A stretch of 64,000 nt of DNA, taken from NCBI RefSeq assembly GCF_001194135.2, contig NC_068983.1:38891812-38955811 (forward strand), written 5' to 3'. Below the pieces are notes generated by a model. That model was given only the letters and a program-made list of their open reading frames with translations. It had not been told where the DNA came from and did not search any database. Positions 25,291-39,255 of this stretch are shown here, piece by piece. This stretch comes from Octopus bimaculoides (taxonomy: Eukaryota). Every line of letters begins with the position of its first letter. The first letter of the stretch is position 1. A program made the translations under genes and the position numbers.

Positions 25291-27832
25291 CCCCCTCTAT
25301 ATATAAAACATATACATACATAATACAAACACACACACACACGTGTGTGTGTGTGTGTGTACAGGTCTGTATGTGTTTGAATCTTGTCTCGACATTGTAT
25401 GATTGTTGTTAGTCAAACATCAATATAATCCATGTTGTGACAGAGAGGCTTCCTTGATAGTTAAAAACAAGCATAGCCTGTATACTCTCACAATCATTCC
25501 TGTTAGTTTAACCCTTTCGTTACCAACCCGGCTGAAACTGGCTCTGGCTCTGAGTACAAATGTCTTGTTTTCATAAGTTTTAAATTAAAATCTTCCACGA
25601 AACCTTAGTCACAATTTATGTTCCTAACACTAGCTGAATGATAACTAAGTTATTTTACTAAATTCTTTGTTATATGCATGTATAAAGACATTCAAGCGAG
25701 ATCGTTGCCAGTACCGCTGGCTCCTGTGCAGGTGGCACATAAAATACACCATTTTGAGCATGGTCGTTGCCAGTACCACCTGACTGGCCTTTGTGCCAGT
25801 GGCACGTAAAAACACCCACTACACTCTCGGAGTGGTTGACGTTAGGAAGGGCATCCAGCTGTAGAAATTCTGCCAAATCAGAATGGAGCCTGGTGTAGCC
25901 ATCTGGTTCACCAGTCCTCAGTTAAATCGTCCAACCCATGCTAGCAAGGAAAGCGGACGTTAAACGATGATGATGATGATTTAAAGTAATTGAAAGAAAC
26001 ACAGAGCATCTCAAAATGAATAGAGTAACAAAAGGGTTAATCTGTGCTTTCACATAGGTTAAGAACTCATCTAACTTATATGAAAATAGAAAATGATTAT
26101 CTTTACAAATTTTTCTTAAAATTTTCACTGTTTATTTTATGTTTATTTGTTGTCTTTTCTTTTTTAAACCTAATACTGAATTTTCTTGGCAAGAAACATT
26201 TTCTATAGAAGAGAAGATAAACTTTCACATTTCTTACATAGTTCTATACTGTAATACCATTACTATTTTTAATGTCACAATGATGGATGGTCGATGGTTA
26301 ATATACTCAAGTTACAACATTTTATTCCAGTTTTGATATAGAAATCAACTTCTTATTTTCCTTCCCATATCGACATAATCTGATCTCGACTGGAAGATAA
26401 TAGTGTGGAGAGAATGGATATAAATTTAAAGAAATCTGTATTTGTCAAAATTGCATTCACTTTCACAATAATCCACCTTGTTCATATCTTTTATCTTTTG
26501 CTTGTTTCAGTCATTGGACTGTGACCATGCTGGTGCACTATCTTGAAAGGGAAACATGTTGTAGGACTGAGGGAAGTAGGTTCACATTGTAGGGCCAAGG
26601 GAAGGGTGTACACATTGTAGGTGTACACAGCGTACTACACTGGCATTGGCTCTATGGCTACCACATTGTAGGACTGGCCTACGATGCTGGCTTTGGCTCT
26701 ATGACTACCACATTAAGTTCAAACTTAATGCTAAGTTGATCATCTCCAGTGAAACCTAAGGAATTGAGATCGATCACACACTGAGACCACCTTTTCCATC
26801 TCTACTGTGGACAACAATTCTAAAGAAAGGACGACCGGTTTGTAAAATTATGGCATGCTGCATTCATTTTACAAACCAGTCATCCTTTTTAGACAGTGGG
26901 TGCCCAAATGACCAACTAATGCATAAGAGAATGTGCAACATGGTCCTAGAACTGACTGGCACTGAGCATATCAAAATCATAAGATCCATGGCCTTTTTGT
27001 GAAATGATATGGCTTGAACAGAGATACTTGGGTCTAGTAGACAACAATAATAACAGCAAAGGGAGTACCACAATGTGGTTGCTTGACCTCTAGAAATAGC
27101 AGTGAAATGTCTCTCAACTACTATTTTAAATGACGGTGACTGCATCGGAGAATATAGGCATTGATGTACAAACAGATGAGATGGTCAAGACTGGAATGCT
27201 TTTGCTTATAAGAACGATCAATCAGGACAGACAACAACAATAACAAACAACAAAACAATATCAATATCAACACAGAATGAATAATAAACCTAGTTCATAT
27301 ATATATATATATATATATAATCTATCTAATATTGTGTTCAGTTGTGATTTACCTTCACTATTATCCAGTATGAAAGTTTACTACTACTACTACTACTACT
27401 ACTACACTTCTTGACTCATTGCACTTCAACACATTCAGGACTAAATCTGTTTCCAACACCTTAAATCCTTACAGTTATATTGTTTGTTTTCGTCCGTCAA
27501 TTATTACTTCCTCTTGGAAGGGACTTACCAGTGCATCCCTTTATTTATAACCCTGCACTCTCTTGATCCCCATCCTCTCTCTCTCTCTTTCTTTCTCTCT
27601 CCACCTCCACTTCCTGCTTCATTTCTACTTCCTCAGCCAATAAAGACATGTCAACTGACACCACAAGGCACACAGTTTAGATGCAAATATTGGTTTCCTT
27701 GTTTGAGTTAGGATAACAAACACTATTGTTCGCTAAAACTACACACACACACATATATATGTATATGTATGTATACATATATGTGTATATATACATGCGT
27801 GTGTATATGCAGCATATGTATATATCGTGTTT

Positions 27833-27875
<43 letters not shown>

Positions 27876-29200
27876 ACAGTTACACACATGTAACCACATC
27901 CATATACAGTAGATAGTATTTCAATAAGAATGTCTAAAACTTTCTCACATTGGAATGGCTTAGCTCTCATCACACACACACGCACACACATACACACAAA
28001 AAAAAATCAAGCAACTATATTTACTGCACCTGTGCAATGAATATTTCTCAATTTACCTAGCAAGAGTCTAGATTCCAAACTTACTGGATATTTTTTCTTC
28101 TAACATAGATTTTGTTTTTTTACATCCTTGTTTTTTTCAAAGTATGTCACATGACATCAGAATCAGAGTTAAACACATTTCTCAGATCTATGCTAAGATT
28201 GACAAAATTACCTGTGATGTTTTATTTTTAATATAGTCATCCCCTTGTTGGGCCCTGGTGTCAGAGAAATGATAGACTCTCAGTCTAAATGAACACCATC
28301 ATCTCAACACCTTCTTCTCCTACCAGTGTTCACCACTCACCACATACTGCATTCCCCTTTACTCACCCTTACATACCTACCTGCACACAATATACTCCCA
28401 ATGAAGCCCTCTCGACCCCCCACCACCACTGCAATATAACCTCCTAATACCTTCTCCCTCTACTTGTGCCCACTCATTACATTCCCACCCTCTCTGTCTA
28501 CCACTCTCCTCTTGCTGTCTCCTGAACTCCCCCCTCACCCCTCAACCCTCAACCACCCCTCACCCCTCAACCCTCAACCCCCTTCACCCCTCACCCCCTC
28601 CAATACCTGGGCTGAGGGTGGTTCATACAATTGCTCCCAATTCCCAGTTGCACCTTCATCATCTTCAGCATCTTCCCTCACTCCTCTCTCTTCTCTCTGT
28701 CTCTCTGTCCACTTTCTCCCCCTCCTGAGGTAGCCATGTTTTCCCTCTAATGCAAGACACCCTTTTTTTTTCCTGCTCTTCAACACTACTCTCTCCACAT
28801 CACCTGAGGAATGGGGGCAGCCTTGTCTTGCAAGTTACAAGTTACTTGGTGACCTCACTACAGCTGGTACCACATAAAAAATGCACCCAGTACACTCTGT
28901 AAAATGGTTGCAATTAGGAAGGGCATCCAGCTGTAGAAACCATGCTAGTATGGAGAACAGACATTCAATGATGATGATTATGAGGATGAGGATGGTGGTG
29001 ATGATGATGATGATGATGATGACGATGATGATGATATATATTTATATAGCATATAGATCTATATGTTTATGTGCACTAAAATCAAACTACATTTCTTCAA
29101 AGCAGGACAGGCATTAACCTAATTGTTTTTTTATGTATCCCCATGTTCTTATTTTTTTCCTTTTTTTTTCTTAAAATTCTTTGCAATGCTATTCTGTTAG

Positions 29201-29256
29201 TTGGTTCCAACGTCTTTTATTGACTTTGCATGCACTTACTGAATCTAAAAATCTCT
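29201..29256 (+). CDS. Candidate small exon, WFQRLLLTLHALTESKNL
   Basis: Long pyrimidine tract, acceptor ctgttag, donor CT|gtaagt, one open frame. No homology recognised. Confidence 0.25.
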
Positions 29257-29276
29257 GTAAGTTAAGTTATGGAGGC

Positions 29277-29311
<35 letters not shown>

Positions 29312-29748
29312 ATATATGCGACAGAGAAATGGTTATAAGAAATGGATGGGTAAAAAAGATAATAAGTAGAAGATAGGGAATGGAGCAAGTAAAAAAAAAA
29401 AAAATAATAAAAAACAGTGAAGTGGGGAGGAGAGACTGAAAACATGAAGGAGGTGAAGGAAAAGAAATCACAGAAAGATTGAAAATAAGCAGAGAATATG
29501 TTAAGATGGAAAAACTAAATAAAGAGACAGAATGATGAAAAAAAAAAAAGGAGGGAAAAGAACAAAAGAGAAACAATCAGAGAGAGGAAGAGAGAGAGAG
29601 GGGGGAATGATGGAGAGAGAAAGAGGAGAAGAGAGAGGGAGAGAGATGAGGAAAAATTGTTAGTGAAAGGGAAAAAGAGAAATTGTTTGAAATTATATGT
29701 AATAAAAGTAACTGTTGCTTGTATTTTCATGTTACATTTCCTACTTAC

Positions 29749-29779
29749 ATTAACCATTGTCCAATCATAAAGCACTGTA
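29749..29779 (-). CDS. Candidate micro-exon, TVLYDWTMVN or QCFMIGQWL
   Basis: Acceptor tttttgccaacaaatctcag, donor AAT|gtaagt, two open frames. Confidence 0.2.
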
Positions 29780-31459
29780 CTGAGATTTGTTGGCAAAAAT
29801 GAGTTTTTGATTTAAGTGGGGTGGGGTCCCCATGGCTAATTATGTAATATTCTATCTCCTATGTTTTGTTTTTGTTGAAATACAATTCTTAAAATTGAAG
29901 ATAATTCAAATATAAATGAAAATGCATAAAATTTTTCAAATAGGCCTCGACATCATTATGTGGTTAAGAAACTTGCTTTGTAACTGCATGGTTCCAGGTT
30001 CAGTCCCGCTGTATGGCACTGCAGGCAAATGTCTTCTACTATGGCTCTGGGTCCAACCAATGCCTTGTGAGTGAATTTGGTAGACAGAAACTGTGTGAAA
30101 GCCCATTGTATATTCGTTTATTCCTTCATTCTTTTATTTGTTTCAGTTATTTGACTGTGGCCATGTTGGAGCACCGCCTTTAGTCAAACAAATCAACCCC
30201 AGGACTTCTTCTTTGTAAGCCTAATCAGTACCGCCTGACTGGCCTTCGTGCCGGTAGCACGTAAAAGCACCCACTACACTCTCGGAGTGGTTGGTGTTAG
30301 GAAGGGCATCCGGCTGTAGAAACTCTGCTAGATCAGATTGGAGCCTGGTGCAGCCATCTGGTGCAGCCATCTGGTGCAGCCATCTGGTTCGCCAGTCGTC
30401 AGTCAAATCATCCAACCCATGCTAGCATGAAAAGTGGATGTTAAATGATGATGATGATGATGATGATTTCCATTGGTGTGGTTGTGTGGTAGGATGTTTG
30501 CTTCCCAACCACATGGCCCTGGGTTTGTTTCACTACGTAGCACCTTGGGCAAGTGTCTTTCTATTATAGCCTCAGCCTGACCAAAGCCTTATGAGTGGAT
30601 TTAGTAGACGGAAACTGAAAGAAACCTGTTGTGTGTGTGTGTTTCTTTGTGTTTACATTTGTCTGTGTGTGTTTCTTTGTTTACATTTGTCTTCCTCCAC
30701 TGCATGACAACCGGTGTTGGTGTGTTTACATCCTTGTTACTGCTTAACAAATATGTACTGGGGTCAATTCATTTGACTAAAATTTCTTCAAGGTGGTGCC
30801 CCAGTATGGTCGCAGTCTAATGACTGTAACAAGTAAAAGATAAAAGACAAAAGATACATGACTTCTCTATACACATCATAGTTATCATTTTACCATAGGT
30901 CAGACTTGATTGAGTTGGTCTTTGATCAAAAGCTTTCCAGACTTGACCATACTGCCTTTTTAGGGTTGTAAAACATTATGTTATCCAATGTGTTCCTTCT
31001 TTTCCTAAAACAGTCAGATGTAATTTGAAGGGATTTGGCTGCTATTTCTACAAATTAAGCAACCATATAACGGCTCCCTTAATGGATCATGTTGCTGTTA
31101 TTTTTAGTCCCAGGTCAGTACTAATTGAGTAGATCTATAATTAATGACATTCCAGTAGTGACCATCCTGCATTTTTAAGAGTATATTGGACCAAATTATA
31201 TCATGTCTTAGTTCCTTTTTTATAATAAGACGGATGTAATTTTAGGGAAATTGGCTGCCATTTCTAGCATGTTGAGTGATCATGAGGAATCCTATGTTAG
31301 GCGTTTCTGTGGTTGTGTAACATTGTAGTGTAATCCCATGTAGCATTGCTGCTGCTGCTGCTGCTACCACCACCACTGCTACTGCTGCTGCTACTGTTGC
31401 TGCTGCTGTTGCTACTGCTGCTACTACTACTGCCACTGCTGCTGCTGCTGCTACTACTA

Positions 31460-31515
<56 letters not shown>

Positions 31516-34500
31516 ACTACTACTACTACTACTGNNNNNNNNNNTTCACTGAGGACTTGGCACCAATCTTGGGCATCCACCATTAGATATGAACAACAAC
31601 AACAACAACAACCATAACAATGGCCAACAGCATCAGCAGCAGCTACGTCAACAGCAATAAGGGTGATGTGATGGGGGGTAGGAGGAGGAGGAGGTAAATA
31701 TTAGAGGAAGAGAGGCATTGGTAGTGATAATCAGTTTATGTAATGGTGATAAGGAAATGGTTGTAGGAGTTAGGCTGTTAGTGAACAGATTGTTGCTGCA
31801 GTTATTGATGGTGATGATGATGTTGATGATGATGATGGTGATGATGATGGTGATGGTGATCACAGCGATGATGGTGATCACAGCGATGATGGTGATAATG
31901 GTGATGATGATGATGATGACGACGGTGACAACAATGACGATGACAGCGATGATGGTGATGATGATGATGATGATGATGATGATAGCGATGGCGATGGCAA
32001 TGATGACGATGATGGTGATGATGATGATGATGACGACGACAATGACAACGATGATGGTGTTGATGATGATGATGATGATGATGGTGATGGTAATGATGAT
32101 GAGGATGACAGAGGCGAGAACAGTGATAGTGATGACGAATAAGATGACAATTGTGATGGTGATGGTGATGATAATGATGACAGCGATACCGATGAGAATG
32201 GTGATGATGATGATGGTGGTGCTGCTGGTGGTGATGGCAGTGGTGGTGGTGGTGGTGGCAGCGGTGGCGACGACGACGATGAGGAGGAGGAGGAGAGGAA
32301 GTGGTTGGGGAGAAGGAGGAGGAGCTGGTTAGTCTTTAAAATGTGTGTAATAGAGTTTGGTTGAAAGTAACAAAAGGATTTTAATTACAAGAAAAATCGA
32401 TAACTTCAGTAGACATTCGTATCTGAAAATGAGTCTTTTGTAATGGAACAGTAAAAGGATGGAAGATGGGGAGGACCAAAAAAAACAAAAAACAAATAAT
32501 AAATAAATAAATAAAATAAAACAAAAAAAAAATGACAATAAAACTTTTAAAAACCCTAATAATAAAATTAGTAAACAAAAGGTAGCACTTATTTACTTAT
32601 TTATTTACTTATATATTCATTTATTTATTTATTTATTTATTTATTACAAAAGTAGTTTCAAAAATATGTTTTGTAAATATCTATAAATTGTCTTTAAAAA
32701 TTCACCGCTAATTACCTTTTGTTTGCTATTCTTAGCATAGTCCTAGATCCCTCCCTGCCTTTTTCCTCCCTCCTACTCTCTCGCTATGTCTTGTTTCCTC
32801 TCTCTCTCTCTCTCTCTGTCTTCATACTTATATCAATCACTATGACAACAAAATACCCACACAGCTATGTTATTATGTTCATCTTTTCATCATTATCATT
32901 GTTAATTTTACATCCAAGTTAGTATGGAATATTATCAAATAGCTCTGTGCGTGTGGGTTTGAATCATAATTATCGATTTATTTTTATTTTATTTTATTTC
33001 TATTTATTTACTTAATTTTGTGGAAGCTTCTGGATGCGAATTCATTTCTCTTAATAAACAAGATTATCAATTGTAAACAATTGTTCTGCAATGAATCCAT
33101 GATTTAAGTCAATCAAATTCGTTGATACTTAAGAATAGAACCCAGGGAGGGAAGTTTCAGTTTTTATTTGCAATTCACAATGAATGTTTTCTGTAATTTC
33201 ATCTGTACCAATAATATAAGACCACATACCATTTCCTTTTTTAGTTCATTTACTGGTTTCAGTTATTGTCTTGTGGCCATGCTGGAGTGCCTTCATTTCA
33301 AATGCTTTAACTGGCACGTAAAAAGCACCATTCAAGTGTGGTCGATGCCAGTATCGCCTGACTGGCCCTCATGCTGGTGGCATATAAAAAGCACCCACTA
33401 CACTCTCAGAATTGTTGGCATTAAGAAGGGCATCCAGCTGTAGAACCATTGCCAGATCAGATTGAAGCGATGGTGGTGGGGGACAAACACGGACACACAT
33501 ATACACACACACACATACATACATACATACATACATACATACTTACATACATACATATATACATACATACATACATATATATATACAACAGGCTTCTTGC
33601 AGTTTCCATCTACCAAATCCACTCACAAAGCTTTGGTTGGTCCGAGGTTATAGTAGAAGATACTTGCCCAAGGTGTCATGCAGTGGGACTGAACTCAGAA
33701 CAATGTGGTTCGTAAGCAAGCTACTTACAACACAGCCACTCTTGCACCTGTATATATATTTTTTTACTAGTGTCAATACACATAACTTTCAACCTTTGAA
33801 TCACTCTGTAAGTTTTGCCAAACCCATACCAGCGTGCAAAGCAGATGTCAAATGATGATGATGATGATGATGATGATGGTGATATATATAATGGATGGTA
33901 ACCTCACTTGTGCTGGTAGCATGGAAAAAGCATCCAGTAATGTTCTAAAAGGGTTGGTGTTAGGAAGGGTATCGAGCTGTAGAAACTATACTGAAGCAGA
34001 CGCTGGAGTTTGATGCAATCCCTGGATTCAGTGGATCCTGTCAAACTGTCCAACCATGCTAGCATGGAACATGGACATTCGATGGTGGTGGTGGTGGCGG
34101 TGGTGAGGAGGAGGAGGAGGGGAGGAGGAGGGGGTTGTGTTTGTGTGTGTGTGTAAATAATTGGGCCTCTACATATTCTATTTACTACTAAATTCCATGC
34201 ACAGGTTATTGGTCAACTCGAGACTATAATAAGAGACACTTACCTATTGTGTTGCGCACTGGGTTTGAACCCTGCCCCATGTGGTTGCAAAATGAACTTC
34301 TTAACCATGCAGCCATGCCTGCATTAATGTAAGAAACCATTATTACATGACCCACAGAGTTCATTTTCCTTTGGCCTGATTTTCTGAATCTACTTAATAA
34401 CCACATTGTGCCTACCTTTACTGTCTTTAAAATGAAAAAGACATGTTTCTCAGTCCTACATTTTGTGACAGAAAACTGACATTATAGTCTGGATTAGTTT

Positions 34501-35846
34501 TGTGTAAGTATTTTAATGTAGCGAAGGTATGAATGTCCCAAATGCTGTCTCCCTTCTCGTCTCTGAATTTCATGAGGCACAATCATTCTTTGATAGACAC
34601 TTGTTGATTAGAAATGGGAAAGCAGAAAATCAAGTATTCGATATTTCCCTTAATGTCGTTGATGTTGCTGCTGCTGCTGATACATAAATGTGTGTATGTG
34701 TGTGTGTGTGTGTATAGATTATTTTTATAATGTACTCTTCCTTGGATATCATTGAACACAAACTTACAAACTTGTTACATTATTTTTGCATGTCATCATC
34801 ATCATCACTGTCATTGTCATCGTCATCATCATCATAATCTTCAACTTCATCATCAACATCGATATCATCATCATCATAATCACCATCTTCGTCAACAACA
34901 TTATCATCATCACCATCATCATCATCATCATCACTGTCATTGTCATCATCATCATCATCATCATAATCCTCAACTTCATCATCAACATCGATATCATCAT
35001 CAGCAGCAGCAGCAGCAACAGCATCATCATCACCACCATCACCACCACTACCATCACTATTACAACGACTAGCACTAATAGTCCCAGTGTCATGGGAGTT
35101 TTAGTTGTTAAACACCAGGAGTGGTTTTGGAGAGATAAATCTGCTGCACGACACATCTGAATAAAACATACACTTCTTCATTTTCTGAAGGACATAAAAT
35201 TCTATCTTCAATTACAAATTTAACCTCTTCAAACATTAATTTACTTTTCTCTTATTGATGAGGCATTGATATTTTTCTGTGTTGGCACAGAGTTGAATGA
35301 ACCTGAAATTTATTTGAACATTTACATGAATTATTGCAACTAATGTTTTTATATTTCTAAATATCCTTCATATGAAGGACTTTACCAACATTAACAATGA
35401 ACATAAAAATAATTTACTTGCATGACAAGGCTATACTTCCTGTTGATGATTTCCAGCTGTCTATCACACTGATACATTCACACATCACTGTCTAATATTT
35501 CTTACTTTGATGTTTAAATATATCAGTGACCTCAAGAGTCAATTATATTAATCACCTATTCTCTGGCTCATATTGAACTCAAATCTATTGTGTCTTCATC
35601 ACAGTAATGTCCAGCTTTTTCCACTTTAAGCTATTGTGGTGTTCTATAAAAGTTATTAATCATTCATATGAACAAAGCCTCACCTGAAAACAAACACTCT
35701 CCACTGATATGATAGTGATTCGTAAAGTTCAAACTTTGGTTTAGATTAACCGACACTGATAATGTTTTGCTTTTTTTTTTTTTACCAGATAGACCGCAAT
35801 GCAGCAGGCCACCACACCTTTATAAAAGTTTAATTTATAGACTTAC

Positions 35847-35900
35847 CATTCATCAGTAGGAGTTGGTTCAGACATATTTAGAGGGATGTTCAACTGGAAT
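35847..35900 (-). CDS. Candidate exon, FQLNIPLNMSEPTPTDE
   Basis: Acceptor cattttcaatag, donor ATG|gtaagt, 54 nt, open in phase 2-2. Confidence 0.3.
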
Positions 35901-36224
35901 CTATTGAAAATGTATTGATTCAAGTGTTAATTAACTAAATCAATTTCTGGTCATCTGTATGGTTTTGATTGATGTAGAATAACATTTCTGTGTAAAAAAT
36001 CTGTTTGCAGCTATAAGCAGATTTCCTTTGTGAGCCATCCATTTGGGAAAAAACTTAAGCTATTACCTTACCATTTTAGTTTCCTTCTCAAGCAAATAAC
36101 AGATTTTTATTACTGTATTTGATGGTATATAGGATGCAATTTAAAAAAAAAAATCTCAAAAGAATCAATCTGGGCTGTATATGCAAAGTTACCTTGACTA
36201 TTGCATACTTTAATACACTAAAAG

Positions 36225-36630
36225 GTGCAGGTGTAGCTGTGTGCTAAGAAGCTTGCTTCTCAACCACATGCTTCTGGGTTCAGTCCCCCTGCATGGCACT
36301 TCGGCCAAGTGTCTTCTAATATAGCCTTGGGGCCGACCAAAGCATTGTTAATGGATTTGGTAGAGAGAAGCTGAAAGAAGCCTGTTGTGTGTGTGTGTGT
36401 GTCTGTTTGCCTTTGTACCCGTGTTTGTCTCCACCTCCACTTGACAAGCAGTGTTGGTTTGTTTATGTCCCTGTAACTTATCGGTTTGGCAAATGAGGCT
36501 GATAAAATAAGTACCAAGCTTTCAAAAAAATATGTACTGGGTGGTGTGGGTCGATTCATTTGACTAAAAATTCTTCAAGGCAGTGCCCCAGCAAGGCTGC
36601 AGTCTAATGACCGAAACAAATAAAAGATTA
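36225..36630 (+). mobile_element. tRNA-headed SINE with cttgggcaagt CORE-like segment (representative near-full-length copy)
   Basis: A box (t)agctgtgtg, B box ggttcagtccc, then the (cttgggcaagtgtcttcta) segment, (TG)n and a ...gactgaaacaagtaaaag-type tail. About 15 other copies, e.g. 1369-1530, 5020-5370, 11455-11745, 16405-16570, 24555-24715, 30470-30850, 40930-41320, 61800-62150. Assignment to the octopus OR-type CORE-SINEs is from memory. Confidence 0.8.
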
Positions 36631-36788
36631 AGGATAGAACCTATTTTTACCAAATATGCTCTGCTAAAATCAGGATTCATCTAAAATATTCATCCAAGTA
36701 TAATATGTTTCAAGAATGGTAATTCTCATTTTCTTCTCTTTGTACTTGACCATGATCCCAAAAGTAACCAAGAAAAAGGTGTATATAT

Positions 36789-37196
36789 CAGGCACGTGCC
36801 GTCAGTAATTACTCAGGATAGGCAGTTGGTGATGTTTATGTAGTAAAACGCACAAAAAGATAAGCGAAACATAGGTGTGCGACTGAGTTGGAAGCAGACT
36901 TACTTCTGCCTTTATAGCACGTAACGAAAACATTGTTGTAGGAATGTACGCAGCATGTGTACTACATCAGTACTATGCATAGCTTTAATACTGGGATTGA
37001 AAGGTAGGGGTGAATTATGCCCACCTAATCTACAAAAAAATAAAATATTTTGTATTTTATACATAGTAATCAGAGCAACGTTCGTGATTTTATTGAATTA
37101 GGTGCATATTTTACTATAAAAGGAAAATGTTACTATTGATCTATTTTATTCAAGGTAGGCACTGCCTACCTTGCCTATGCAGGTGGCACATCCCTG
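36789..37196 (-). mobile_element. hAT-type MITE with 8-bp TSD
   Basis: CAGG...CCCTG ends flanked by gtatatat and gtacatat (7/8 match). Homologous to 8776-9181. Confidence 0.8.
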
Positions 37197-38521
37197 GTAC
37201 ATATATGCATGTTCAGAGAGTAATGAAAAAGGGTGGTGATAGAGCTGGTGGTGGTGGTGCTGCTGCTGGGGAGACAACTAGAAGGGTGTTGAATCTGGTG
37301 GTTTCTCAGGGAAAAGCAAATGTCAGAATATATTATCTTTACTTTAGTTTTTCCTGTCAATCAGATCCAGTATTTCTCTCTTCACCAAGTTTCCAGTAAC
37401 CCTCCTCTTCTTCCACCTCCACCGCCGCTACCACCACCTAGCTCTAATTTCCTGTCAGTCCCAGTCACATGGTATAAGAGAGCATTTTCGTTGGTTTCCC
37501 AGGTTGTGTGAAGTCAAATAGGAGTGAGAAAATGAAGTGAGAAAAGATAAATAGCAGTGAGAAGTAGTGAGAGTTAGGGCAGTAAAGAGGAAGTCAGTAT
37601 TTCAGAAACAATAACAGTAACAACAACAACAACAACAAGAAAGAACATGGGTTGGGATGATGGGAAAAAAAATCTGGTAAGCACAATATGAAAGCAAAAT
37701 GGCTTAAAGGTCACTTGACATGACAAGGTCATATGATATGACAAGGTTACACTGGCTTCGGTGGTTTGAGTAAGGTTATGATGTCAGGAATAATGAGGAA
37801 GCCATGGACAGTCTAATAGGAGAATAGCCTTTTCCTTTTAGCCAATAAGGCACTTTTGAGAACAGCTGTGTTACAAGTCTTACAATTAAGGTAGCTTTGA
37901 TTCAGTGTTTGAATGTGCTACTTATGGAAGTATACATAAATATAGACGCACACACACACACACTTGCACACAGATATATGCATACAAATACATATGTGTA
38001 TATGCATGCACACATACACTCACTCACACACACACAACCATTTATCATCAGCATCATCATCATCCAGTGTTTTAAACCCAGGTTTTATTCCCGTTAATGG
38101 GGGTGGCCGGATTCACCTCAATGCCATAGCAACTGAGGTAGGCAGATGCAGCCCGCTCCAACCTTTGGGCTGGCTGGTGCCCATTCTCCCTTGCTATCAT
38201 GAGGTTTTTTTGGAGTTGGATTTTCTATGGGGAGCATGCCCTTGCTTACCCCCAACCTCAGTTTCTAGACATGAGTGGTCCCGAGACCAAGGTCTTTACC
38301 ATGATTTTTAAGAAATGTGGTGGAAATCTAGCTCAGGAAGGCAGGGACACTACTCCCTGAGACCCCTTTCGGTGCCCCCTATGAGAAGGGCATCCAGCTG
38401 TAGAAACTCTGCCAGATCAGATTGGAGCCTGGTGCAGTCATCTGGTTCGCCAGTCCTCAGTCAAATCGTCCAGCCCATGCTAGCATGGAAAGTGGACGTT
38501 AAACGATAATGATGATGATGA

Positions 38522-38573
<52 letters not shown>

Positions 38574-38933
38574 CGTCGATCACTAACGTGGACAATTAAT
38601 GCGCTAGAAATAGATCACATCTTGTGTCTATTAAGACCTAAATTGTTCTCAACATGGTACCTTAATCCCTTGAGATTGCAGATAATATTTCTGAATCTCT
38701 TTGATTCTTTAGATGTGCTGGCCTCCTGATAATTAATCGATATTAATTAATATATGACTAATTACCAGATTTTATAATAATTATATATATATATATATAT
38801 ATACACATATATATATATGTATATACGCTACTTGGTAAACTCGATTCAAAATCAAGCAGGACACAATGCATGATGTGTCATTTATGTGGGATAATTAATT
38901 CATCACCAGCATATAGGTAATATAGTAGATGTG

Positions 38934-39255
38934 AAGGTGTGTGGCTTAGTGGTTAGAGTATTCAGCTCATGTTCGTAAGGTTATGAATTTGATTCCTGAT
39001 AGTGTATTGTGTCCTTGAGCGGGGCACTTTATTTCACATTGCTCCAGTCCCCTCATCTGGCAAAGATGAGTAGTTTCTGTATTTCAAAGGGCCAGCCTTG
39101 TCACATTCTGTGTCACACTGACTCACCCTGAGAACTACATGTAGGGTACATGTGTCTGTGGCATGCTGACCCACTTGCATATTAATTTCAAGAGCAGGCT
39201 GTTCTGTTAATCAGTTCAACTGGAACCCTTTTTATTGTGATTCAAGGAGTGCTCT
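38934..39255 (+). mobile_element. tRNA-headed SINE, third family (also 62818-63135; reverse copy about 63640-63845)
   Basis: gtggcttagtggttag A box, decayed gttcgattcc B box, shared body aaagggccagccttgtcacattctgtgtca. Confidence 0.75.

Noticed and set aside
30345-30390. Triplicated 14-mer ggtgcagccatctg
   Set aside because: Simple slippage inside an RTE-type tail.
36595-36630. SINE tail gtctaatgac(t/c)gaaacaa(g/a)ta resembling a hammerhead (also about 30815, 41290)
   Set aside because: No room for stem II between the two core-like boxes and no stem I pairing.
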